A DNA stretch of 51,396 nt, counting the filler, from Catajapyx aquilonaris (taxonomy: Eukaryota): NCBI GenBank assembly GCA_000934665.2. It is 2 parts of 2 records of this genome, joined end to end, with 100 filler letters (N's around TTAATTAATTAA, not from the genome) between each part and the next. Parts side by side here need not be neighbours in the genome. Positions count along the whole stretch, not along the records: positions 1 to 25,704 come from JYFJ02005357.1; positions 25,805 to 51,396 come from JYFJ02005358.1. One strand, written 5' to 3'. The translations under genes were made by a program, and so were the position numbers. Under the pieces are notes generated by a model. The model had not been told where the DNA came from. It did no database searches and saw only the letters and a list, made by a program, of their open reading frames with translations. Positions 24,074-34,850 of the stretch are shown here, piece by piece (within the stretch, counting starts at the first letter, position 1; every line of letters starts with the position of its first letter).

Positions 24074-25704
24074 GTGAGGCATCATCTTTTTGTCATGCTT
24101 ATTGGGGCAAGCATAGTGACAATTGGCCACTGCAGGAATCGTGCAGTTTCCAATTGGCGTTGCATGCCATTCTTAAAAATAACTGTGTGCATGCGTTTTG
24201 TTGCTTATTGTTGTGTGCCGATACGTGGTACATTTTTTTTTGTTCAGTGTGGAACTAACAGTCATTTTGGAATACTAATTAGGGATCGTTGGTTTGTGAA
24301 GAGTTCGCAAGAATTCCTTGCGACAATTGAATCATTGTGTCCGTTTCTCATGCATGGATCCCCTCCCCCTGCCGATACCAAGTGTTGTTTATTTGCAACG
24401 AGCTGTGTGTTTGATTTGCGCTCCAACTTTGTTTTTTTTAAATTAACAACTAAAAAAAAAAATGTCGTTGAGCATGTTGCCATTGTTACCATAACTCAAT
24501 TTATTATGTGTCATAGCTGCCTTGTAGTTTGCATTTATTTTGTCTCCCATTTTTTTACAAAAGAAAGATGGTAGTGCTGCCCCCCAAAAAATGTGACTTT
24601 TTGTTGCAGATGTTCCCGCAGCCCATCCCTCCCAAATATAGAAAAATTGTGACCAATTGTTATGAGCATTTTGGGATACATTGTTGCCTGGCTGAAGTGC
24701 ATGAAATGCGCATAGAAATAATTATTACAAGTGCTGTCATTAGACATTAGTGGAAAGCGAAGCATGACGGGCATGGCTGCTGCAAGTGCATTTTGTCCGT
24801 CATTTTTTTTTTTTGCGGGGGTGGTTCCTATTTGAGCCAGGTAATATTACGAAATGTGTATACATTGTTAGTTACATAAATGTTTGCAATAATGATGGAA
24901 AGAAAAATTCTTGCTCATTACTATTTGTACAGGTAATCTTGAATATGCTTCATTGTTATTTATGTAAATGTTTGCAAATAACGATGGAAACAAAATTTCG
25001 GCTTGTTACTATTTGTACAGGTAATCTCGAGCATGTGTACGTCGTTTTATTAATTGTTATCGTCTTCACGGCATAAATGAAGAGAACAATGTGAGCATGC
25101 TCATGATTACCTATGCGAATAGTAATGAGCCAAAATTTTATTTCCGTCATTATTTATGTCAATCATAATGAACACATTTCATAAGATCATTATTGCAAAA
25201 ACAATGTTATTTATATGTCAATTTTTTGCAATGAATATAAGAACATATGTTTGGCTCGTAATCCAATGTCAATTGATGATGAAACGGCAACAGAGCCTGA
25301 TTCGGATTGGATTTGTTTAGATGCGGTTGCGCGATTGAAAAAATGTCCAGAACAAAGTTCATTGTTGTCAACAATAATGTGAAACAATTTTTTAAAAAAA
25401 CAACTCATTTCAGGATCTGCTAGTAGTCACTGCTGGTAGGCATCGTTTACGTGTGAGCAATTTGATCGGCGATGTTGCAGCGAATGTACGTTGCTGAGCG
25501 ATGAGACCAATTGTTTGGGGGGGGTGGAAAAATATATTGTTACTTTTGCTCGGCGATGTACATCGCTGCAACAATCGCTGCTCAAATCGCTTACATGTAA
25601 AAGCGGTATTAAGCTGTAGTTTTTCAGAAATTGTTTTGCACAGTAGGAACTTTGTAAGAAATGTGTAATTGTCGACACTGTGATGTAAGTGCACTGCACA
25701 TTTC

Positions 25705-25803
25705 NNNNNNNNNNNNNNNNNNNNNNNNNNNNNNNNNNNNNNNNNNNNTTAATTAATTAANNNNNNNNNNNNNNNNNNNNNNNNNNNNNNNNNNNNNNNN
25801 NNN
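25705..25803. other. Assembly gap containing an artificial TTAATTAATTAA spacer (25749-25760)
   Basis: N-run, a 12-mer with stops in all six frames, then another N-run. Confidence 0.9.
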
Positions 25804-25884
25804 NGTCACTCCGTTGACGACATACTCCACGTTATTGTTGCCAGCCCTGTAGGGGTGATCCTGGTATTTGTCATGCTTCACTGG

Positions 25885-28641
25885 TCACTCCGTTGACGAC
25901 ATACTCCAGGTAATTGTTGCCAGCTCTCTAGCGGTGCTGGGTAAGTGGGTAGGCCCGGGCGGGAACGCGTAGCGCCGAAGGCGCGCCAATTGGGGCGCAG
26001 CCCCAAGGGGGGGGTGTGGGGGGGCGGAGCCCCCCCGCCTCGCAAAGCGAGTCGTAGAGTCAATATAATTCAACGCTGAAGTTATTAGAGGGAGCTTAGC
26101 ATTCTTTAAAAGGAGTCTGGAAGCGTTAAATTTCGATTTAATGTTTCTCATTTTATCCTCTAGTTCTTTTAGGAATTGGCCGGAGGAGAAAAAATTAACT
26201 CCCAAATAGCGGTAGCTAGAAACATTTTCTAGAGTTGTGTCATTTATAATAAATTTATCCGCCACCGCCATCGGGCCACCTTTCCTAAATATCACGGCCT
26301 TTGTTTTTACAGAATTTAGTTTTAGCTCGTTTTCGTCCAGGTATTTTTGAGTCCAAGTAAGCAATCTTTGTAAATATAATTTATTATCAGCAATCAAAAC
26401 TATATCGTCAGCAAACAAGAGAGCTTTGAAATCGTATGATACTCCGGGTAGGTGAATGCCCTTGGCCTGATTTTGGTTTAACCATGGAATTAAATCTTGT
26501 AAATATAATGAGAAAAGTAAGGGTGATAGTGGATCGCCTTGTAATACTCCTTTTTCTATTTGGACGTTTAAGATTTTTTCCTTTCCCGCAACATGGTGTA
26601 TTTTTGCTTTTTGGTAAAAGTCAATTACAGTTGCCAGAAATTTGCCAGACATACCCATTCCTTCAAGTTTTCGCCATAGATTTGTCCGAGATACGGAATC
26701 AAAGGCTGTCGTTAAATCCAAAAAGATTGTATAAGCTTTTCCCTTGGGCTTACTTAATCGGGAGTGTATAGCAGTCATAAGAACAAAAATATGATCTTGA
26801 GTACCGTAATCTGGGCGGAATGCTGCTTGTTCCTCCGGCATTAATTGCTCAAATAAGGGGATAGAATAAATTCTTTTTGCAAAGATCCGTGAAAGGAGCT
26901 TCGTCAGCGTGCAAATTAGGCTTATCGGACGGAAATTTGCCGGATCGTCTACTTCTCCTTTTTTGTACAGAGGGACTACTGTTATGTTCGTCCATTCATC
27001 TGGTATTTGACCTTTATTAATTACAGCATTTAGTGATGTTACTATTAGTTCCTTGAGCTTTGGTCCCGCCTTGTTCAGTACTATATTTGGAATCCCATCA
27101 TATCCTGGGGCAGACTTCATATGCAGTTTCTTCAGAGCCTGCTCTAGTTCCACAAGAGTAATAGGTCCGTTTAGGGGGTCGTCAGGCGTTAAGTTTTTCC
27201 ATGGGCCCAAGTATACCTTATTTGAAGAGGATTCAAAAATGGATTGAAAGTATGATTTCCAAGAATCATCGTTTATTTCTTTTGCTAATGCCGGGGGACG
27301 TTTCCTAAATTTGTTTATATGTTTCCAAAAGAACTGCGAATTTTTTGGGTTCGCTAAGTTTTTTAGTGTCTCCTGGAAAAATTCAGTCTTTTTTTTCTCT
27401 CGAGCTTCTTTTAATTCTCGCTTGGTTTCGTAATAATTTTGCTTATTTTCGTTTGAAAATTCCTTCTTTAGATATTTTAGATATTGTCTACATTTCTTTT
27501 TCAAGTCCTTTATCGTTTTGTCTTCCCAGCTGTTTATTTGACAATTTATTTTTGTCGTTTGAGAATTTCGGATTTTCATCAGGTCCTTTTTGAGTAAAAA
27601 TTCCTGTATAAACAATTGCAATAGTTCCGGGTGGTCTTCAATGGTATTATGGTCTAGCTCAGAGACTGCATTCTCAAGATCATCTACCCACTCTTTTATA
27701 TTTAACAGTTTCTTAGTGGTTATATAACTAAGAAATTCGGGTTTAGTTACTGTGCCCAGAGAGGAAATGTTCCAGGGGATAATTAGGGTTATTACTATAG
27801 GACAGTGGTCAGAAATATACGAATTTTCAACTTTAAAGTCTGCGACAAATTCCAAAAGGGAACTCGATACCAGGGCAAGGTCAACTGTGCTTCTTCCTAG
27901 TGGCGAAGCGTAAGTAAAATCTCCTTCAAGGTCTCCCGGGGTTGTTCCGTTCACTACGACAATTGGTGATTCATCTAACTTGTTTATCAGTAAATGACCT
28001 CGGCTATTCACTTTTATGTCTAAAGCGTTCCGCAGAGTGTACTGGGGGGTATTAACTGAGTAATCACCAATTCTCGCATTTAGGTCCCCCATGATTAGCG
28101 TTGGCTGGTTTAGAAAACCACCTAGTTCTAGCTTATTGAAAATTTCTCCTAATAATTGATCATTTTCGTTTGCTGGAGGGATATATACTACAATATGGTT
28201 CCATGTAAATTGATTGTCCGTTATTTTCAATACAATGTAGTATGTTTCACACATTAGTAGTTCAGTTATCAGTGAAGGGTGACAAAAAATTGCTATGCCA
28301 CCTGAGGGGCGACCCTTTAGAAATCTTCTTTTTGCCGGAGTTGAGTATATCGAATTGTTTTTCCAGAAGTCTGTCTTTGGTTCTGTTTCCAGCCACGTTT
28401 CAACTACCCCAATTACCTTCAGATTTTTTGGAATCCTCAAATCGGATGTCAGGTCAGTTAGCTTGGCCCCATTTATATTCCACATCATACACCCACATTG
28501 AGCTTCAACACTTTTTGAACTGACCTCCAATTTTGGAGGCCGTATTTTTTCACCAGGAATAGGCACACTTTTCACACCAAACACCATATCTTCCTCACGC
28601 ACTTCACTTAAGTTTGCACTAACTATGTTCCTAGTTAACAC
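25885..28641 (-). CDS. LINE ORF2: apurinic endonuclease plus reverse transcriptase (first ATG at 28587; last ~55 aa are read-through into non-ORF2 sequence)
   Basis: APE motifs MWNING, GVVETWL, GGIAIF, VYIPP, GDLNARIG, RSTVDL, SDHCPI. RT motifs KSAPGYDGI, NFRPISL, EQAAFR, FLDLTTAFDSV, GVLQGDPLSPLLF, LFADD, YRYLGV. Confidence 0.93.
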   Translation of the reverse strand: MLTRNIVSANLSEVREEDMVFGVKSVPIPGEKIRPPKLEVSSKSVEAQCGCMMWNINGAKLTDLTSDLRIPKNLKVIGVVETWLETEPKTDFWKNNSIYSTPAKRRFLKGRPSGGIAIFCHPSLITELLMCETYYIVLKITDNQFTWNHIVVYIPPANENDQLLGEIFNKLELGGFLNQPTLIMGDLNARIGDYSVNTPQYTLRNALDIKVNSRGHLLINKLDESPIVVVNGTTPGDLEGDFTYASPLGRSTVDLALVSSSLLEFVADFKVENSYISDHCPIVITLIIPWNISSLGTVTKPEFLSYITTKKLLNIKEWVDDLENAVSELDHNTIEDHPELLQLFIQEFLLKKDLMKIRNSQTTKINCQINSWEDKTIKDLKKKCRQYLKYLKKEFSNENKQNYYETKRELKEAREKKKTEFFQETLKNLANPKNSQFFWKHINKFRKRPPALAKEINDDSWKSYFQSIFESSSNKVYLGPWKNLTPDDPLNGPITLVELEQALKKLHMKSAPGYDGIPNIVLNKAGPKLKELIVTSLNAVINKGQIPDEWTNITVVPLYKKGEVDDPANFRPISLICTLTKLLSRIFAKRIYSIPLFEQLMPEEQAAFRPDYGTQDHIFVLMTAIHSRLSKPKGKAYTIFLDLTTAFDSVSRTNLWRKLEGMGMSGKFLATVIDFYQKAKIHHVAGKEKILNVQIEKGVLQGDPLSPLLFSLYLQDLIPWLNQNQAKGIHLPGVSYDFKALLFADDIVLIADNKLYLQRLLTWTQKYLDENELKLNSVKTKAVIFRKGGPMAVADKFIINDTTLENVSSYRYLGVNFFSSGQFLKELEDKMRNIKSKFNASRLLLKNAKLPLITSALNYIDSTTRFARRGGSAPPHPPLGAAPQLARLRRYAFPPGPTHLPSTARELATITWSMSSTE

Positions 28642-29630
28642 ACCCTTTGTCTTCTTTTTTCTTCTCGCTCGTGCATACCCCTCCCTGTATTAATCCTCTT
28701 GGACTTCATAGCAGCTCTGGCCCATCTTGTCGAGCTGTTGATTTGCCTTTGCTCCCCTCGTCGTCTTTCCCGCGTTGTTCTTCGTACCTTGCCTCTTCGG
28801 AGATGCTTGATGAGTTTGCGGTGATGTAAGTGGTCTCTTCTTATGGAGTGTTTTCCATCCAGTTCCACCTGCTTTGTCCTGGGACTCTTCGGCTCCGACG
28901 TCGTTCCCCCTGACCTTCACCAACTTGTTTCCATCTTCGTCAAGTTGCCACATCACTCGGTCAATCATGAGCTTGTCCAACCGCAGGTGGGCTACACTTC
29001 CCCTTTCTCTGGCTTCCATCAGGTAGGGAGCCAGCTTTCGCCTCTTCTCCCTCGTGGCATATGCATAATCTTCACCCAAACGGAAACCCGTCTCCTTTAG
29101 CAGCCCCCCCTTTGCTTGTATCATCTGCTTGTCCCCAAATCGAAGCCATTTAACTATTATCGGTCTTTTTCCTCTCCCGGCTCCAATTCGATGAGCCCTC
29201 TCAATCTGGACATTATATGGGTCCGGATGCATGGCGTACCTGTTCAGAAAGTCTCTAACCAAGTTCTCGGTGTCGGCCCATTGCTCCGGATCCTTCTCGT
29301 CCATCCCATAGATGAGGAGGTTGTTTCTCCTACTTTGATTTTCCAAAGCTTCTAGTTTCTGCTCCATACGTCCCAACTTGTCCGCCAGTTCTCGATTCTG
29401 GCTTACCAGTGCCGTTGTGACCTCGGCACCTGCTGTCACTGCATCCTGGATTGACCCGAATTTGTCCATCCAGTTGCGTTCCATCTTCTCGATCGAGTCC
29501 TCCATTGTCGAACGGATCTGCCCGATCCTCGAGTCTAAGAGGGCCGTTATCTCTGCGATCGTTGCCATCTGGTCAGACCTTGAGCGTTTGGCTAGAGCTC
29601 AGTTTTCGGCTACCTTTCTCCTCCACAGCT
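26055..29630 (-). mobile_element. Two-ORF non-LTR retrotransposon (LINE; RTE-X-like by motif recall), 3'-truncated
   Basis: ORF1 and APE-RT ORF2 in tandem, 48 bp apart, with uninterrupted frames. No poly(A) or short-repeat tail seen. The 5' boundary is approximate. Confidence 0.85.
28690..29568 (-). CDS. LINE ORF1, L1-type coiled-coil + RRM (transposase_22-like) RNA-binding protein, 292 aa
   Basis: Coiled coil ending LEALENQSRRNNLLIYG, then IERAHRIG, RPIIVKW, EDY...TREKRRKL. Confidence 0.88.
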   Translation of the reverse strand: MATIAEITALLDSRIGQIRSTMEDSIEKMERNWMDKFGSIQDAVTAGAEVTTALVSQNRELADKLGRMEQKLEALENQSRRNNLLIYGMDEKDPEQWADTENLVRDFLNRYAMHPDPYNVQIERAHRIGAGRGKRPIIVKWLRFGDKQMIQAKGGLLKETGFRLGEDYAYATREKRRKLAPYLMEARERGSVAHLRLDKLMIDRVMWQLDEDGNKLVKVRGNDVGAEESQDKAGGTGWKTLHKKRPLTSPQTHQASPKRQGTKNNAGKTTRGAKANQQLDKMGQSCYEVQED

Positions 29631-29699
29631 CGGAAAATAAAAAGAAGCTGTATTTTTTATTTTATTAATTTGTTCAGTTTGTCATACCTGCCACAAAGT

Positions 29700-30564
29700 C
29701 AAAACCTATTTTCTAGGCTAAATATTGGTTTGACACATTTTTATAGCAGCGCGCCCAGTATATGTAGACAACCAGACAGAAATTCTCGATTTGTGTCGAA
29801 ACTATACGTGAAAAAGTTTTTGCGTATTTTTCGCGAAATCAGCATCACAAACAAACACAAGAAACACCTCTCACTTTGAAGAAAAAAAATCATCGCAGGC
29901 CTGTGATATATATTATAATATATATTATTATATCATTATTTTCTCGCGAACCATGCATGACCAAGGCCTCTACCTTAGTATGTGTCAGTCACAACAAGTG
30001 TCACCAAATATGACTGATGTAAAGCAAACACATCACTAATATTGTTGAGGTGACAATATTATTCTTGGGCATGTGACTGAGCAAGTGCTGACCAATGAAA
30101 TTCTATAAAATTTTATTTTCGCATTTGAGAGGAAAACTAATTCCAGCGACGCATTCTGCGGCTGTTTCTCTTCCTTTTGATGTATATGTTCATTGGGTTC
30201 TGATCACTTCCACTAACCGAAAAAAAACTCCCAAAAAGGCCTCATTTTCAGTGTTTTCCATATATTTGCGATTTTTTTTCTTCGTCATGGTATTGCGCAA
30301 TATGGCGTAAATTTTACAAGCAGCATTAAGGAATAGTTGAATGCAGCTGCGATTATTTTGAACAAGATCCGAGACGGTCTAGCAACATTTAGGCCCACTT
30401 GATTCGGAAATACACCTAGTAAATCGTTCAAAGTTTTAAAACGATATATCTCAAAAAATGTGGGTGATAGAAGGTTTTGCATATTTTTTCCGATACCAGC
30501 ATTAGAAAATACATAAGGAACACCACTCACTTTGAAGAAAAAAAAATTTCATCGCAGGCCTGTG
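29700..30564. mobile_element. Two same-orientation terminal fragments of a CAC-ended DNA transposon
   Basis: CTCACTTTGAAGAAAAAAAA(TT)TCATCGCAGGCCTGTG ends at 29905 and again at 30564 (reverse complement starts CACAGGCCTGCGATG). Left boundaries are uncertain. Confidence 0.45.
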
Positions 30565-31064
30565 TAATCCAACATGACTTTTCCCAGCGGACCGCTTTTT
30601 TCACAGAGTCCTGTGTTACTTGATGTACCCATGCTGTTTGTCTTGATTGCCATTTACCAGGCATTATTCTACTTTAATGGTAGAAAAATTGTTGGAACCT
30701 GACAGGTGAAACTATCCTAGGTATGACATGAAAATCTCAAAAAATATATAATATTCACAAAATATCTCCTTCTATTATGGGGACATAGATGCAATTCTGT
30801 ACCATCCAGAAGTACAGATTCCTGTGATAAAGCTCTCAATTGTCATCATTTTCTCTTCACAGAGCTTTCTGATGCTGGAATTTCAGGCTTTGTTTATGCT
30901 TACCTAATATAATATTTCACCAGCAGTAAAGTAGGCCATAAGATGCATTTAATTACAGGAGATGGTGATCATGACCATACCTACAAGTGCTTCGCATTTT
31001 AAGGGATTTTAAGTCCAGTTGGAGGGGAAATATTTACAGTAGATGGAAGGGTTAATTTTTTAAT

Positions 31065-33068
31065 ATGCTAAGAAGTTATACCATCGCCAAATCTAACCAC
31101 GATACGCATATAAAAGAAAGAAATCGATTGGAACAGTTCAGTTCCAGCATGGAAGAGATGCTTGTAACAGTAGTTGCTCTTTGCGCAGTGGCCTTTCTGC
31201 CAGCTGCTGCCATTGCTTACGTACCATTTTCATCTGTTGGGTCGGAGGAGGAAGAGTTGGTTGCCTCCCTGGTGGAAGATGTCCGTGGTTCGAGACCCGA
31301 GTGTCTCCTGGTGCTGTGCGGCGACTGGTTGGTGTTCCCCTCTTCGTTTAACCGGCTGATCAACAATGGATCGGAGGAAGTGGCGGTGGTGAGGTGGGAC
31401 GGGACACCAGTGGACGCCAGTGGACAGTACTGGTTCTCCTGGCTGCACAGACCGGAGGCCAGGAGACTGGACCCCTGCGCCACCTTCCTCTTCGCCTTCG
31501 GGACACTGGACACCTTGTCTCCTCTGGTGGTCCACGCGGCCACTCTTCACCTCATGGACACCGGAAGGGACAGGTTCCTCTTCTGGCCCAGGGACGGAGG
31601 TCTGGACACAGTCTTGATGCATCCCATCGCCCAACTCATGCTCTTTCAGGTCGGGATCCAGTTCGACCAGGACTCCAGCTCGCTCAAGGTGATGGCGAAC
31701 TGTCATTACTGCGATCACGGTGGGCCAAAAGTTGTTCAAGTAAGTGAATACAAACGTGGTATTCGATTAAACGCAAGTGATATTTTTCCGGATTATTCCA
31801 CCGATCTGCGTGGAGGTTTCGTAAATGGCACATGGATATTTGATCTTTCAAAAGGAGAGTTGCGGTATTTTTACGAGAATTTCTTGCCTGTGTTTGGGTC
31901 GTTGTTTTTTAAACTTGATGTAAGTGACGCCTTAAATTTTGATTGGACAGATGAAACTGCAGTGTTAGATGACGGAGAAATACCTGATGTTCCTTTGCCT
32001 GATGGAAATTACACGGGACAAACTGGTGCAATAATATTAAGAAAGGCCGAAATGGGTTACACATTGCCAAACGATGCAATGTGCAGCGTCGTAACACTAT
32101 TGGACTTCCCTATTTATTACTCCCAAATATCATTCACCACCAGGACAGCCAGACAGAGTTATTCCTGGAATTCTGTCCTTATGCCCTACACCATTGATAT
32201 GTGGATTTGTGTGTTTTTCGCTTCCCTGGTGGGCAGTCTGGTTCTTTGTGCACTATTGAAAATAGAGCGGCAATTCAACAATCCATTTCCAGGCAAAGGG
32301 CCTCCCTTCCTCCTCCTTTATTCCTTGAGATACACTTTTTCCGCCCTCATTGAGGAAAATCCTAACACTGTGCCCGAAGGCAATTCTCCCCGAGTGTTCA
32401 TCTCCTTCTGGTGGATTGGTTCATTGGTTTTAATCTGTGGATACGAAGCCAGGTATTTTGGATTCTTGGCTTCTCCATTGATGGAAAATTTGCCCAAGAC
32501 GTTTCGAGACCTGAACGACAGACGCGATAACTGGGAATGGGGTACATGGGGCGCAATTAAAACTTACTACTCTAGTGTTTTTATGAACAATGATATGGGT
32601 GACTTTAAACCCATTGCTGACCGTGTGATAGATGAGAAGGACTTCAGCACTTGTGTCCGTAAATCAATCGATGCCAATTACGCATGCATTACAGCTAGTG
32701 ACATATTGCTGGCCATAGGTGCTCAATATGTAGACAAGGCAGGAAGACTCCCCATTGTTGTATCAAATGAAGCAGGAATTTTAGTGTTTGGATGTATTTT
32801 AATGGACAAGCACAGTTTGCTTGTGCCAATAATGAACCGGATGGTACTGTACTACACAGATTCGGGTCTAATGGCCAAGTATGACAAGTATTTATTCGAC
32901 ACCTGCCTGATTATTGGAATGAGAGATGCAAGAGCCAAGGGTCGATTGTTTGTGACATCGATGGCCCTGAAATTTGAACAACTAACGGGAGTTTTCTATT
33001 TTCTAATCGTATTCAGCTGGGGCTTTGGCCTGATTGTTCTATTTGCAGAAGTATTATGTGGAAGCTAA
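31065..33068 (+). CDS. Divergent ionotropic receptor (IR, variant iGluR), intronless; likely start at ATG 31149 or 31158
   Basis: Signal peptide MLVTVVALCAVAFLPAAAIA; S1 DGNYTGQTGAIILRKAEMG; pre-M1/M1 PYTIDMWICV; pore LRYTFSALIEE; RVFISFWW..SLVL...YEARYFGFL (YTANL equivalent); final TM LKFEQLTGVFYFLI. Confidence 0.85.
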   Translation: MLRSYTIAKSNHDTHIKERNRLEQFSSSMEEMLVTVVALCAVAFLPAAAIAYVPFSSVGSEEEELVASLVEDVRGSRPECLLVLCGDWLVFPSSFNRLINNGSEEVAVVRWDGTPVDASGQYWFSWLHRPEARRLDPCATFLFAFGTLDTLSPLVVHAATLHLMDTGRDRFLFWPRDGGLDTVLMHPIAQLMLFQVGIQFDQDSSSLKVMANCHYCDHGGPKVVQVSEYKRGIRLNASDIFPDYSTDLRGGFVNGTWIFDLSKGELRYFYENFLPVFGSLFFKLDVSDALNFDWTDETAVLDDGEIPDVPLPDGNYTGQTGAIILRKAEMGYTLPNDAMCSVVTLLDFPIYYSQISFTTRTARQSYSWNSVLMPYTIDMWICVFFASLVGSLVLCALLKIERQFNNPFPGKGPPFLLLYSLRYTFSALIEENPNTVPEGNSPRVFISFWWIGSLVLICGYEARYFGFLASPLMENLPKTFRDLNDRRDNWEWGTWGAIKTYYSSVFMNNDMGDFKPIADRVIDEKDFSTCVRKSIDANYACITASDILLAIGAQYVDKAGRLPIVVSNEAGILVFGCILMDKHSLLVPIMNRMVLYYTDSGLMAKYDKYLFDTCLIIGMRDARAKGRLFVTSMALKFEQLTGVFYFLIVFSWGFGLIVLFAEVLCGS

Positions 33069-34179
33069 AGTCGATGGAGTGAAGTAAACGTGACTATAGT
33101 ATACGTAAGGGTTACCATTGATTTCAGTCCAATTACAAATAAATTATGTGATCCTTTTTATTGTTCCTTTCTCCCTGTAATAAAATCGTTGATCAAATGT
33201 TTTATAATGTTTGACACCCTTTCTAGATTCAACCTCAACAATGTCACCTGTGATTTTTGGCCTAGAATCACGTGGACGAGGAACCATATATGTTCATGTC
33301 TTTCATTATTGTGACATCTAATAAAAGTGTACTGGAAGAAAAAAAGACACTGTGACCTAATATTTAATATTGTGTTAATTTTAAGCAGCTATTATTTTAT
33401 TTTCCCTGTAATGAAATGGTTTAAAAGGAGTCATAGTAATAATGAGACGACTATGTGTTAACCTGTAATATTTATATTATTGTGACTGATAAATAAAAGT
33501 GCATCAATATTGTGTATGCATCTCTTTTTATTCCTCAGATATGACCACTTGCTTCACGATATGAACGTCGAAGTTTTTTTCTTTCTTTTTTCGTAATAAT
33601 TGTGAAGGACCAAGCCGACAATTTGTTTCACTGTTGTCCGCCAGATGGCTGAAGTGGTACACTGTTCTTGTGAAATGAGGCCGTGGAATTTCTGCCATCT
33701 CGCGTCAGATTGTAAAAACATTCATGGAATGATCCCACAAAGTGTAAGCTAAGTAAAATGGTTCGTTAATAATTGTAAAGCACAAAAATAACAACAATGC
33801 ACTGTTCGCTCTTTGTCACTTAATTCATATTATAACTCTCAAAATTAGTGCCGGAAAATTATTTACTGGAACTATAAACACTTTCTATAAAAGATATTTG
33901 CTAACTATTTGTTTAACCTAAAACAGACATACACTATTTTACTCTATTTGCAAACAAGAAAATGACTAGAATCGTACAACTAAAAGCACATGATTAATTA
34001 TTCATCCCCATTCACATTCCAATCTCGTGGACTTCCATTGAATTAAGCATCTCTATTCTCCGGTGACATAAACCGACAGTAGTTAGACTTCAAGTGACAA
34101 CCACATTCTATCCAGCCATAATGAGCTGCATTTTGCATGCATAGTTAAGCCTTCTCTCATCCCCATTTCACCACAAAAC

Positions 34180-34850
34180 TGCTGATACTGTACTGTATCG
34201 ACCTATTCAGGCCTATAACTAGTATAACACCGTACAGTACCATAAATTCAGTAAACTACTGCTAAACTTCTATTAAACTCTACTAAACCAACAAGAGAGT
34301 TAAAACTGCTGTAGTTATAGTAGGTATTTGGCAATTTCAAAATTTTAATCCATTTAAAAAAATTGGTAGTGTAGGCTACTGAATCGACCTATGCAGGTCT
34401 ATGCAGGGCTATAAATTCAGGAGACTACTACTAAACCTCTACTAAACAAACAATCCCAGGTAGCACACTTCGTCGGCCCGATGTCGGCGAATGACACCGG
34501 GCCAATGTTCGGGAACGATGCCGGGCCAATGTAAAACGGTTAACTTTTTGTCACATCGGGCCGACGTTGGCATCCGGTGTTGGGCCGATGTTGGCATACG
34601 GTGCTGACCCGATCTACATTATACCGTATGTAGGGCTAAAAATAGCTACTTGCCAATGTCAAAAATTTAATACATTTTTAAAATGTCACACTAATATAGG
34701 GTAGTGTAGGCTACTGAATCGACCTATTCATGACTATAATACCGTACAGTCATATACAGTATAAATTCAGTAGACTATACTACTAAACCTGAACTAAACC
34801 AACAATAGCGTTAAAACAAGTTATTTTTCAATTTCGAAAATTTAATCCTG
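34180..34850. repeat. Three degenerate copies of a ~180-bp unit, interrupted by a CCCAG-type transposon fragment (~34455-34615)
   Basis: Recurrent GTAGTGTAGGCTACTGAATCGACCTAT and ATAAATTCAG...CTACTAAAC blocks. The insert starts CCCAGGTAGCACAC and carries GGCCGATGTTGGC repeats. Confidence 0.5.

Noticed and set aside
23645..24574. 309-aa ORF as a stand-alone gene
   Set aside because: Only 23855-24073 looks coding and is bounded by splice sites (a PAXIP1 exon). The rest reads like intron.
24610..24750. Possible alternative terminal PAXIP1 exon (ttgcag|ATGTTCCCG...)
   Set aside because: Phase-compatible, but it has no similarity to the expected BRCT3 lead-in and its composition is intron-like. 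Cannot be supported without RNA data.
25749..25760. TTAATTAATTAA palindrome as a biological site
   Set aside because: It is embedded in Ns and has stops in six frames, so it is a scaffolding linker.
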